Source: Callorhinchus milii
Taxonomy: Eukaryota
NCBI RefSeq assembly: GCF_018977255.1
Contig: NW_024704742.1
Coordinates: 55,740,001 to 55,804,000, forward strand
DNA: 64,000 nucleotides
Reading direction: 5' to 3'
The translations under genes were made by a program, and so were the position numbers. Below are positions 42,401-53,287 of the stretch, piece after piece. A model generated the notes under the pieces. It was not told the DNA's origin, did no database searches, and worked only from the letters and a program-made list of their open reading frames with translations. Within the stretch, counting starts at the first letter, position 1. The number at the start of each line of letters is the position of its first letter.

Positions 42401-42924
42401 CTACTCAAACCCTTATTTTGTATCCTTACAGCTGGCAAAAATAGACGTACACCCCATTAACTTGAGCTAGATTCCAGTTGTGCAAAAGCAATTTATATAC
42501 CGAGTCCACCTCCGAGGTTTTCAGATTGATGTATGTTATGTTTTAATTTGTGAGCTAAAGAGCACAGTTCCTGTGGTACTGTAGAACATTTCTCATGCTT
42601 CAGCAGCCTATTAAACTAGCATTGTGAGCATAAGCATATATCATTCAGACCTTTGATGGCTAACTGCAATAGCTTCCTAGAGAGCTCCACAGTGACAGTC
42701 GCGTGAAGCTTTTAATCCATAAATACCAAATTCAATAGTGATTTTGACCACACATAAGAGGGAAAATGTGTATGAGATGTGATAATTATTACTATTCAGA
42801 GAGGTATGTATGAAGAAGGCCTTTCAGCCTATTTGATTTTATCCTTCCCGACCTTATATAAATACAAGCTGTTTTTGTTAAACAACTCTGGGTAAAGAAG
42901 TATTTCCTGGTATCTGCCTTTCAA

Positions 42925-43420
42925 CACAACAACAAATTACGTCAGGAGGATGTGCAAAGGTGCTAGACAGTCAGGGATTTAGACCCGAGCTAGGGATTGG
43001 TATCAGGAGGAATCGAGGGCAGGTAGGGTAGGGGTAAGAGGTTGGCCGAAGGCACAGTCGAAGAGGAGGGTCTTGAGGCGTATCTTGTTTACCTAGCAGT
43101 AAGTAGGAATCTAGTTGTTAGTTGATTGGCGGATCACTTTTCTAGGGGTAATAGTTTCTTCAAAAAAAAATTGGTTACTTCAATCCACGACTGTTTGTGG
43201 GACACCACTGTCCACAATTGGCTGCCGCATTTCGCCCACAAAAGTGCCCCCATTCTTATCGTGGACTTTACAGTATATTCTGTGAAGCGCTTTGAGACAT
43301 CTCGAAGATGTGATAAGGTACCATATCAAATGCAAGGATTATTATTATTGAAGGAGGGAAGAGAGGGAACGATGGGATTTGACTGTGAGATAGAGCTCCA
43401 AAGGGTGGGGGCACACCTGG
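42925..43420 (-). mobile_element. L2 3' fragment interrupted by a + strand SINE (~43100-43349)
   Basis: L2 tail reverse complement at 42925-43087 resumes at 43350-43415 after the SINE tail. Confidence 0.75.
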
Positions 43421-43439
43421 AATCTGTGCTCTCTGTTGC

Positions 43440-44061
43440 AACGTCGCCCGGCTCCCACACAGTCTCACATCGCAGGCCACTGAAACCCTCATGCACGCCT
43501 TCATTACATCGAGGCTCGACTACGCAAACTCACTGCTTGTCGGCATCCCCAACTCCTCCCTCCACAGGCTGCAGATCATCTAGAACTCTGCAGCCGGTGT
43601 CTTGTCCTGCACCAGGCTCCGTGACCCTATCACCTCCATCCTCGCCCGACTCTACTGGCTTCCCATCACATAGAGGATACAGTTCAAGATCCTGGTCCTC
43701 ACCTTCAAAGCCCTCCATGGTCTTGCTCCCCCCTACCCCTGTGACCTCCTAAGCCCCTACCATCCTGTTCACTCCTTCCACTCAGCGCACTCTGGCCTGC
43801 ATCATGTCTACCGCCTCGCTTGCCCCACTATTGGCGTCAGGTCTTCCACCACTCTGCACCCACCCTCTGGAACTCCATCCCCCAGTCCCTCTGTCTCGCC
43901 CCCCTCCCTTGGTACCTTCAAGACTCACCTCAAGACCCTCCTCTTCGACCGTGCTTTCGATTGCCCTGCTTCCCCCCTTCCCCTCCCCACCTCCCTCATC
44001 CTGACCCTCAGCTCAGGTGTGCAACTCTGTCCAGCGCCTTGGGACGTCCTCCCCACGTGAA
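43440..44061 (+). mobile_element. 5'-truncated L2 copy hosting the full-length L2; its last ~55 bp continue at 47742-47798
   Basis: Encodes C-terminal L2 motifs (HAFITSRLDYANSLL, WLPI..RIQFKIL, LWNSIP). It breaks at ...ctccccacgtgaa and resumes after the insertion as ...aggcctgatatgaatgtaattttgttg. Confidence 0.88.
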
Positions 44062-47000
44062 TAACAACAACAACAACAAGATTCCATTTATAGAGCGCCT
44101 TTCACGTCGGGAGGACATCCCAAGGCGCTGTACAGTTGGGTCAGGACCTGAGCAAGGGGGCAATGGTCAGGGTGAGGCGAGGGAAGGGAGGGAGCGAGGA
44201 GGGGGTAGAGAGTCAAGAGGGGAGCTGAAGGCACGGTCAAAGGGAAAGGTCTTGAGACCGGCCTTGAAGGAGGAAAGGGAGGAGGCGGCGAAGGCACTGG
44301 GGTATAGAATTCCAGAGCCTAGGGGCTGAGAGGCTGAAGGCCCAACCACCGATGGTAGGGCGGTTGGGGCGGGGGATGTGGAGCAGACCGGAGCCAGAGG
44401 AATGGAGGGTACGGGCAGGTAGGTAGGGGGATAGTAGGTCGGAGAGGTAGGAGGGAGCAAGGCCGTGAATGGCCTTGTAGGTGAGGATGAGGATCTTGAA
44501 TTCAATCCTCTGGGGGATGGGGAGCCAGTGGAGGCGAGCGAAGGTGGGAGTGATGTGGTCCCAAAGCCTGGTGCGGGACAGTACACGAGCTGCAGAGTTC
44601 TGAATGACCTGCAGCTTGTGGAGGGAGGTGCCGGGAAGGCCGGCGAGGAGAGAGTTCCCATAGTCCAGCCTTGAGGTGATAAAGGCGTGGACCAGAGTTT
44701 CAGCAGCGTGAGGGGTGAGGTAGTGCCGTAGTCTGGCGATGTTTCGGAGGTGATGGAAGGCGGTGCCAGTCGTGGCGCGGATATGAGGAAGAAAGGACAG
44801 CTCAGGGTCGAACAGAACCCCAAGGTTCCTGACGGCTTTGAGAGGTGGAGAGTGCAGCCTTGGATGCTGATGCTGTCAGCGCCTGAGGTGCGGAGGCGCT
44901 GACGTGAGCCAATCAGGAGGGCCTCAGGTTTACGCACGTTGAGCTGAAGAAAGTTATCTCTCGTCCAGGACTCGATGTCGGACAGGCAGCTGTCAGGACA
45001 TCGGTGGTCGTGGAGTTGAGGGTAGAGGAGGAAAGGTAGAGTTGGGTGTCATCCGCATACATGTGGAAGTTAACCCCATGTCTGCGGATGATGTCACCAA
45101 GGAGGAGCATATAGAGGGTGAAGAGGAGGGGACCGAGGACAGAGCCCTGAGGGACACCGCACGAGACAGTGCGGGCCTGGAGGAAAAACCATTCGTGGAA
45201 ACAAAGTGAAGACGGTGGGAGAGGTACGACCTAAACCATTCAAGGACAGGGCCTTGAAGGTTGAGGTGGGAGGACAAGCGGTGGAGGAGGATAGCGTGGT
45301 CGACCATATCGAATGCTGCCGATAGGTCGAGGAGGACGAGGAGGCAGAGGGAGCCCTGGTCACAGATGGTCAGGATATCATTGGTGACCTTGACCAGGGC
45401 AGTTTCTGTGCTATGGGCAGCACGGAAACCTGACTGAAGGGGTTCGAATAATGAATGGGTGGAGAGGAAAGAGCGCAGCTGGGAGGCGACAACTCTTTCC
45501 AGGACCTTGGACAGGAAGCAGAGGTTGGAGATGGGCCGGTAGCTTGATAGCTGTGATGCATCAAGGGAGGGACTTTTCAAGGTGGGAGTGATGGTGGCAG
45601 TTTTTAAGGGAATGGGAACAGAGCCAGAGGAGAGGGACAGGTTGACGATGTCTGTGATATGTGGGGCAAGGAGGTGGAGCTGGGAGATAAGGAGTGGAGT
45701 GGGGATGGGGTCAAGGGAGCAGGTGGTGGGTTTCAGGGATAGGATGAGTTTGGTGACAGAAGGTGGGGAAACGGGTACGAAAGTGTGTAGGGGAGGATGG
45801 GTAGGAGTCGGAGTGTGGGAGGGAGGGGGTGGGGGGTGGGTGGATGTTGGAGGGGAAGTGACCGCGGAGCGAATTCCCTTGATTTTGGATTCAAGGAAAT
45901 CCAGCATCTCCTCGCAGTGAAGGTTGGAGGAGATGACCTGCGCGGGGTGGCGGGGGGGACGGAGGAGTCGGGATGTGGTAGAAAACAGTAGCCTGGGGTT
46001 GTTCTTCGCCTCCAGGATTATCCTGGAGTAGAAGGACGACTTGGCCGAGGCTAGAGTGGAGCGGTAGATTTTGAGGAGGTCCAGCCAGATTTGTCGGTGG
46101 ACCGTTAGGCCAGATTTGAGGCAGGTGCGTTCAGCGGCCCGCACCTGGCTCTTCAGTGAGCGGAGGTGGGTGGTGAACCAGGGGGAGGAGCGAGAGTAGG
46201 AGACAGTACGGGAGGTGATGGGGGCAAGAGTGTCGAGTGTGGAGGAGAGGGTGTTGTGGAGGAGGGTGAGAGGAGAAGAGGGGTCGGTGAGGGTTGAAGG
46301 CCAGAGGGAGAGGAGATCAGAGGACTCCAAGGCAGCGGTTAGGGATTGTGGGGATAACTTCTTCCATGGGAAGTAGAAGATGGTGGTGGGTCTGGTGGAG
46401 GTGGGGAGGGGGGTGAAGGTGGTGAAGGAGATGAAGTGGTGGTCGGAGATGGCCTTATCGGTGATAGTGACATCCGAGACACTGAGGCCCCGGGTGATCA
46501 CCAAGTCGAGTGGGTGGCCGTGACTGTGAGTGGGGGAGTTGATGTGAAGGGAGAGGTTGAGCGAGGAGAGCAGGGAAGAGAAATCTGAGGAGATGGAGCA
46601 GGAAGGGGGTGAAGTGCAGGTTGAAGTCGCCCAGGATGATGAGGCGATCAGAGCAGAGGCAGAGAGATATAAGAAGTGTCGAAATATCGGAGTTGAAGGT
46701 GGGAGAGGTTTTAGGGGGCCGGTAGAGGAAGACAATTTTGAGCGAGAGGAAGGAGGGGTGGGAGAGGGAGAGGTACTCAAAAGAGGGGAAAGAGCCAGAG
46801 GAGTAGGGGGATAGGGCAAGTGGTGTCCTTGAGATAAGGGCTACACCACCGCCACGGCGGTTGGGGCGAGGGATGTGGTGGGAGGTGTAGCCGGGTGGTG
46901 TGGCCTCCGTGAGGGGGAAGGTGTCGCCTGGGGTGAGCCAGGTTTCCGTTAAGGCCATGATGTCAACGCTCTCATCAAGGATGAGATCGTTGATGACCAG

Positions 47001-47741
47001 GGCCTTGTTACAGAGGGAGCGGACGTTTTGTAGTCCGATGTGGAGGGAGCGGTTGACAGAAGGGTGTGTGGGGAGGGGGGGGTCCAGGTTGTGAGGCAGG
47101 GGTGGGGGGAATGGGGATAAGGGAGGAGAGGTTGGCTCCCCGGGTCTGTGTCCGGGGTGGCTGGCGAGTGTGGTGGGGAATGGGGCAGTCGGTGTGGCTG
47201 CTGCTGGACAGCCAACGCCGAGTGCCACGGTGAGCCCGGCGGAGGATTCCCAGGCTGGAGCAGAGAGAGGTTGTGGGAGGGTCAAGTGGGGATAGAAGGC
47301 GAGAGGGATGGAGAGAGAGGAGGACAGAGCGGGAGAGATGCAGAGGGGGGAGAGTTTGGGGGTAGAGAGGAGGGAGGAGGGAGGGAGGGGGTGAGGGGGT
47401 GAGGGTCAAAGCGACAGCCATAGTGCGCACGCGGGGACCGGGAGCGAGCGGTCAGATGGATGGCATTATCCCGTAGGCTGGGGCTGGGGCAGCCAACGCA
47501 ACAGGACCATGGTGGGCCCTGATGTGAGCCCTGGGAGGGTTGGTGGGCGCAGAGGATTTTTTATTTTTTTTATTTGTTGCACGCGCACACTCCTGAAAAC
47601 TAAACTATGACGTCAGTGGTTCCCCTGCTCCACCCCCACCCGTTCCCCCCACACCCCCCCCCCAGCTGCACTCCCTGCCGCCGTGACCTTAAATACCTGG
47701 GTAGGTAGCCCCAGGCTCCTCCCCGCGCTTTCCTGCCGCTG
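44062..47741 (-). mobile_element. Apparently full-length single-ORF L2-clade LINE (APE endonuclease + reverse transcriptase), frameshifted
   Basis: Minus-strand ORF pieces carry endonuclease motifs (LQNVRSL, MALTETWL, RRGGGVA, LYRPP, ILGDFNLH, LDLVI, SDHH) and RT motifs ([31 protein letters not shown]). The 3' end has a stem-loop and a (TTG)n tail at 44062-44080. Flanks are CTCCCC(A/G)CGTGAA at 44049-44061 and 47742-47754. Confidence 0.95.
44167..47421 (-). pseudogene. L2 ORF2 (EN-RT) broken by about six frameshifts
   Basis: Consecutive ORF-track frames (47008..47430, 46455..47285, 44993..46819, 44913..45110, 44167..44937) join into one colinear L2 polyprotein. The likely start is the ATG at 47421 (MAVALTL). 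Confidence 0.85.
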
Positions 47742-48479
47742 CTCCCCGCGTGAAAGGCCTGATATGAATGTAATTTTGTTGTTTTTGTTGTTGGTGTTGC
47801 CTGGACGTATTTGAAAGTGAGTTTTGGGTTTACTTTCTCAATCGCATTTAAAATCTTATTTGCCTCTATAAGGTCCCCTCTGAAAGGCCCCTTTTCAAGG
47901 CTGTAGAACCTTAGCTTGTTTAATTGTTGCTCATAGCCTCTGACATGGGGGATCTTCCTCATTAAGAATTATCACATCACACAGTGCATTTTCCATCTAT
48001 TCAACAAGATCTGCAGCAGGTAATATTTCAGCAAAATTCATATAATGTTTTTTGAAGCAAAATTGCCCCCATTCTTATCGTGGACATTATGAGCTCATCA
48101 TCTGATATAATTAAAGAGCTCTTGGCATACAGTTAGCTTCAGATTTTCTATGTGCCTTTTTTGAGGAATGGTTATAAAGGGAAATCCAATATTAATAAAA
48201 TAACTGAAGTAAACCCTCTCTTTCCATATTCAGCTAATGGTAATTAGAGGTTGACTGTGTAGACTGGGAATGTAATTGTGATGATTGTGATGAGAGGCCT
48301 CGAAGTCTATCGTCAGAGTCAAATTTTGCAGCTTCCACAGAATGCAGAGTAGTCTAAAATAATAATCCTTGCATTTGATACAGCACCTTATCACGTCTTC
48401 TAGACGTCTCAAAGCGCTTCACAGAATATGGTGTAAAGTGAATTGACTGTCTATGTTTGTGGGTGAAATGCGGCAGCCC

Positions 48480-48770
48480 ATGCGGTTTTAAGGGGAAGTG
48501 GCACAGAGCATGAGAGATGGACTGGTTGTTGTGTCTCCCAGCAATAGGCAGAGGAGGGGGAGTTGAGTGACCAGAAGCTGGGTGGGGATGGGGTCAAGGC
48601 AGCAGGTGGGTGATGATAGGGGAAAGGGAGGAGGGAGTGATTGGGGCAAAGGAGTGTTGGGTGGCATCTGAAATGAGGATCGGGGGTGCTTGAGAGGGGG
48701 TGTGGAGGAGGTGCTGGGTAGTAGTTAACAGGATTATGCTTGTGGCCTCGAGAGGAAAGGGCAGGATAGA
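48480..48770 (-). mobile_element. Internal L2 ORF2 fragment (EN-RT linker)
   Basis: Similar to 45690-46040 (gggatggggtcaagg; aggattatgcttg...ctcgagaggaaag). Confidence 0.6.
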
Positions 48771-49514
48771 CATTGTTAGTACTGGAAGGAGAGTGCAGCC
48801 ATATTCTAAGGCTGCCGTACTGTACTGAACACAGCATTTGATAAGTGGCTGGTCCATCGGGCATTCAAATCTAGGGCCTATTATCCATAGCAGACATGCC
48901 ACGGCAGGTTGTCAAACCAGAAAATCGTGCAAACTCGGAATATCCACATTATGATGTGATGGGCGAGTGCATTTAGGGGGAATAGGTACATTCTCAGACT
49001 GTGTCCAACCCAGTGCATCATTTAAAGTACCACAACTCTTCTCATAACAGCTGTGGAACAGATGCTTGTAGCTGGCAATGAATCCCACCCCAGCCTATCA
49101 GAAACACAACAAATATTGATTCAATGTGGCAATCTTTTAATGCAGCAGACACAAGAGTCAATAAAGTCATTACATTAGCTTGCATTCTGCCCTTTGGGTG
49201 TGAGATGTTCTCCAGTAGCGTTACCAACCTCACAAACCATATATAAATATATATTGAACAGTTATGCTTACAGTAGTAACATCAAGAAACAAAAGACACA
49301 TAGTTGGTGTGTATATGTATATGAATATAGGTGTATATGGTACTGTAGTTCTAAAGTTGTAAACCGGATTGTAAGGTAGAAGCATAGTAAAGATGGTTGT
49401 TCTTAACTTCATTTCCTGGGCAGGAAATAACATCAAGCCAGGCATCTTGACCATGTGCCTCCTTACAAAATGGTCCCTTGATGTCTCTTCATATCTGTGG
49501 ATGTGCACCACGCA

Positions 49515-49913
49515 AAGCAGGGCAAAACCGTAGGCAAGTTTACTTACCCCATATGCCTAATAATAATCCCTCCAAAACAATAATAAATTGGTCATTTTCA
49601 ATCCACGACTGTTTGTGGGACACTGCAGTGTGCATTGACTGCTGCATTTTGCCCACAAATATATGGTCAATTCACTTTACAGCATATTCTGTGAAGTGCT
49701 TTGAGACGTCTAGAAGACGTGAAAAGCGGTATATCAAATGCAAGGATTATTATTATTGTTAACCGAGGGTGGTTATCGAATGGAGGTGGTTCCTTGCACA
49801 GGTTTGACTGTATTTAATTCAGTGCATCTCAACATCAGGCGTCAGCCTAGCATTGAGGCGTCTAGAAGGAGTGAAAGCGGTTTTATCAAATGCAAGGATT
49901 ATTATTATTATTA
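49515..49913 (+). mobile_element. SINE with two tails separated by ~95 bp that matches the 34.3-kb locus
   Basis: Tail 1 ends at 49757, 49758-49851 matches 34334-34427, and tail 2 spans 49853-49913. Confidence 0.88.
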
Positions 49914-50560
49914 TATCAGAGCAGAAGGGATTTAGGCATTTATTGAGCAAACCTAGGATGTCTAACCTGAAGTTTAATCATCAATAGCCATTATTTCCAT
50001 TGCACAACATCGTAGCTGTAGTAAATGGCACAGGTATTTGACCTCCATTGACCTTTGCATACTTTAACAGCAAAACACAAATCCACTGTCAGTCTACGAA
50101 GCTGAAGACATGTCTCCTTGTGGGCTATTGTTAGGGTTGTCTCATGCATGCCACCTAAAAGAAAATAGAGAGAAGCACAATCTCACAACTTCAGGAAAGA
50201 CCAGCTACCATCATTGACATCAATACAGAGAAAAAGTCTGCAAAGTCTATTTTAACTTCTTGTGGTCTATACACTGAGGATTCTTTCTTCCAAAGTAAAA
50301 TCAGAAGGCACGTGTTTAGGTATTCAGTTAATCAAAAGTAATTTAAATATAGAGGATGTGTTCCACATGGATTCACAGCTGGGTGATTTTGTTGTACCTT
50401 CTGTTCTCTATCACAGAGAGTGATACCAAAGTACTGGTATAACTGCTGTTATATCAAGATGGTTGTCTGATTCCCTGAACTTGCCAGTTGCCAAGATGCA
50501 GACAACATGAAACCCTGTTCCCACTTTCCTGGTATCAGTCAGATGACTACTGGATTTATT

Positions 50561-50861
50561 GGAGTCCTGTAGCTCAGTGGTTAGAGCACTCGCTTTGCAA
50601 GCGAGAGACCTGAGTTCAATGCCAGGCAGGGCGAAACCTTGCGCAAGTTTCCATACTCCACACGCCTAATAATAATCCATCCAAAACAAAGCAATAATAA
50701 ATTGGTCATTTTCAATCTACGACTGTTTGCGGGACATTGCTGTGCGTTCACCCACAAATATACAGTCAATTCACTTTACAGTGTGTTCTGTGAAGCGCTT
50801 TGGGACGTCCTCCCGACGTGAAAAGCGCTATATCAAATGCAAGGATTATTATTATTATTAT
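50561..50861 (+). mobile_element. Full-length tRNA-derived SINE (L2-like ctccc loop variant)
   Basis: Head ggagtcctgtagctcagtggttagagc...gagttcaatgcc; tail gcgctttgggacgtcctcccgacgtgaaaagcgc...(TTA)n. Confidence 0.92.
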
Positions 50862-50961
50862 GGCCTATTCATCAATATTATTAATAATAATAATATGTAT
50901 TATTATTAATAATGCATAATATTAATTGTAATACCTGCATTTGATATAGTACCTTATCACA

Positions 50962-51215
50962 TAAACAACAACAACTTATATAATGCCCTTAATGCCGGGC
51001 AGTATCCTAGAACGCTTAACAATGGTGGAGCTTGATGCCAAGCCAGAGGGAGGGGGAAGGTGACCATAGGCACGGTCGAAGAGGAAGTTCTTCAAGCGCA
51101 ACCTGGAAATGGGGAAAGAGGGGGCAAAGGGACTGAGGGAGGGAGTTTCATAACTTTGGGGTGTAGTGGCTGAGGCATGGCCGCCAATGGTGGAATGGAG
51201 GATTCCTGGGGTAAT
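50962..51215 (-). mobile_element. L2 3' fragment
   Basis: (CAA)n tail; the minus strand reads RLKNFLFDRAY. Confidence 0.8.
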
Positions 51216-52432
51216 CGGGTTGCAAAGTTTATTGCAGGTGAGAATGCGGGCGGCGAATGCTACCAACTGAGCCAACTTCCTGTAAGTAGAAAAAACAGAA
51301 ATCGCAATGCATTATTGAGGTAAAGTTTGCAGCATTTCATCATTAACACAAAGAAGATGCTATGAATTGCTAGAAGCTTTATCCCATTGTCTCAAATGAT
51401 GTAGGTAGTTTCCTTAGTAATATTCTGCATTCTTCGAACATCGATCAACACTCTCTTAACATTCAAGTAAAAAATAACTCCTACAACCTTGATAACCATT
51501 ACTGACTATTAGCACTAAACCCATTATTTATAGAGAAGGAAGGAATGTCAGACTCAACAATAATGTGTGCCCAGAAGATGAAAATATTTTTAAAACCTCC
51601 AAACATTTAAGTGCACACTGTAAAAAAATCTCATAATTTGGCACTAATTGACATTAATTGGCAGTCACTCCCAAGCCATAAAGGTGGCTGATGTGTGAAA
51701 TAGCTCACTGGTGTCGAGTGCCTGAACTCTGATCAATGTATCTTGTTCTCCAATTTCCATCTTACTCTGTAAGAGTTATGTAGGTAACTTTTGGAATACA
51801 TTTAGATAGGAAGGACTAAAGTATTCTCAAAATTGTCTTGTTTTTGATTGAAGAAAATTTACATGTGCATGTCTTAACAAGCTTGTTGAGGGTGTGTGCG
51901 CATGAGTACTCTGTACATTCCTTGCAAAAAGGAATTCCTTTTTTTTCTGCTTTAGTTTACGACCTTTCAAGACGGTATATTTACAGGTTCATACAGACAG
52001 GCTCCAATTAGTTTGGTACCAGGCACAAATCTCGCGTCTGGCCCAGGTATCATAGATTTATAGGTTTACAGATAATGTCAAATGATTCAAGAAATGGCAC
52101 CATTTCTAATGTGGCTGCTTGTATCTTTTCAGGGTAGACTGAACAAGCACTTATTGATAGACACCTTAGCCTAACTGGACAGGAGGAGACCTGTCCTTGG
52201 TTTTCAATGATAATGACTAACTGATCCAGAAATAGGTTGAGCAGAACTGAGAGAAGTCACAGCATATTGCAAACGTAAATTCACTCCCTTTCAAAAGATA
52301 GGTTGCAAGAATGGAACCATCTGAATACATCATCTGACGACTTAAAGACAAAGACTTAGAGGAACATTCTGAAGAACAGGGAAGAAAATAGATTTGAGAA
52401 AATGCCTTGTTGTGCAATATTAGGGTACCTCA

Positions 52433-52871
52433 TGTCAGCCTGGCTCAGTTGGTCTCACTCTTGCCTCTGAGTCAGAAGGTTATTGGTCAAGCCCCATTTC
52501 GGAACTTGGAATTCATATAGTCTAGGATGATACTCCAGTGCAGCGCTCGGCGATGGCTGCATTGTTGGAGATGGCATCCATCAGATGTGATACTGAACTA
52601 AGGCTCCATCTGTCTGTTCAGGTGAATGTTAAAAATCCCCTGGTACTATTCGAAAAAAGGTGGAAGTTTCTCCTAGTGTCCTCGCCAACAATCATCCAAT
52701 ACAACTAATCATTTACTTCATGGCTATTTGTAGTACATTGTTGTGTGCAAATCAGCTGCCGCGTTCACCCATAAAACAAACAACTACTGCACTTTACAGT
52801 ATATCCTGTGAAGCTCTTTGGGGTGTCCTCCCAATGGGAAAGGTGAAATATCAAATGTAAAGATTATTATT
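52433..52871 (+). mobile_element. Older, longer Deu-domain SINE (SacSINE1/AmnSINE-like architecture)
   Basis: Head tgtcagcctggctcagttgg...gcctctgagtcagaaggtt, central ...ctgttcaggtgaatgttaaaaatccc..., Deu-like core and the shared L2-type tail. Confidence 0.85.
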
Positions 52872-53287
52872 ACTAATATTATTGCAAACCTCACACAAGG
52901 GCATTGTTTGAAACCAAAACTCAATCAATTGGTGGTGAAAGATATACAAGCAGGTTATGGAGTAAAGTACTCTTGACCAACCCTAACCCTAACTCTAATC
53001 CTATTTAGGATTATCTGCCATCTGTGCCGGACGCTGGAGCAAAAGCGCAGAAGGTTGATCCCATATTTCCCATATTACATCGTTGAATCAAGTTTAAATA
53101 TTGAAGGTCTTTATTCATTGCCTTTGCCTCAATTATGCTGGCCAGATTTGTGTTGGCTACAAAGATATATGTATAAACTGGGAAACCTGCTTTCTTCAAA
53201 ATTTAAAATACCATCATGTATGTGCAGCCAGATACATGGTTGTGTATATGTCTACATATACACAACTGGAGCTCATGCGGTGTGAAG

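Noticed and set aside
43126..43752. 208-aa ORF, and the recurring peptides SVKRFETSRRREKRYIKCKDYY at 18029, 34123, 49478 and 50727
   Set aside because: Chance read-through of SINE and out-of-frame L2 sequence, not a protein family.
47430..47620. Hammerhead ribozyme in the L2 leader
   Set aside because: No complete CUGANGA...GAAA core with flanking stems could be assembled by eye.
50561..50635. tRNA-like sequences (also at 13918 and 17887)
   Set aside because: They are SINE heads. The anticodon region differs between copies, the acceptor stem is poor, and each runs into the SINE core and tail.
53216..53287. Upstream in-frame ATG extending KCT2 to 320 aa
   Set aside because: The context is weaker, the extension crosses the palindromic sequence, and it displaces the signal peptide. 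ATG 53288 is preferred.
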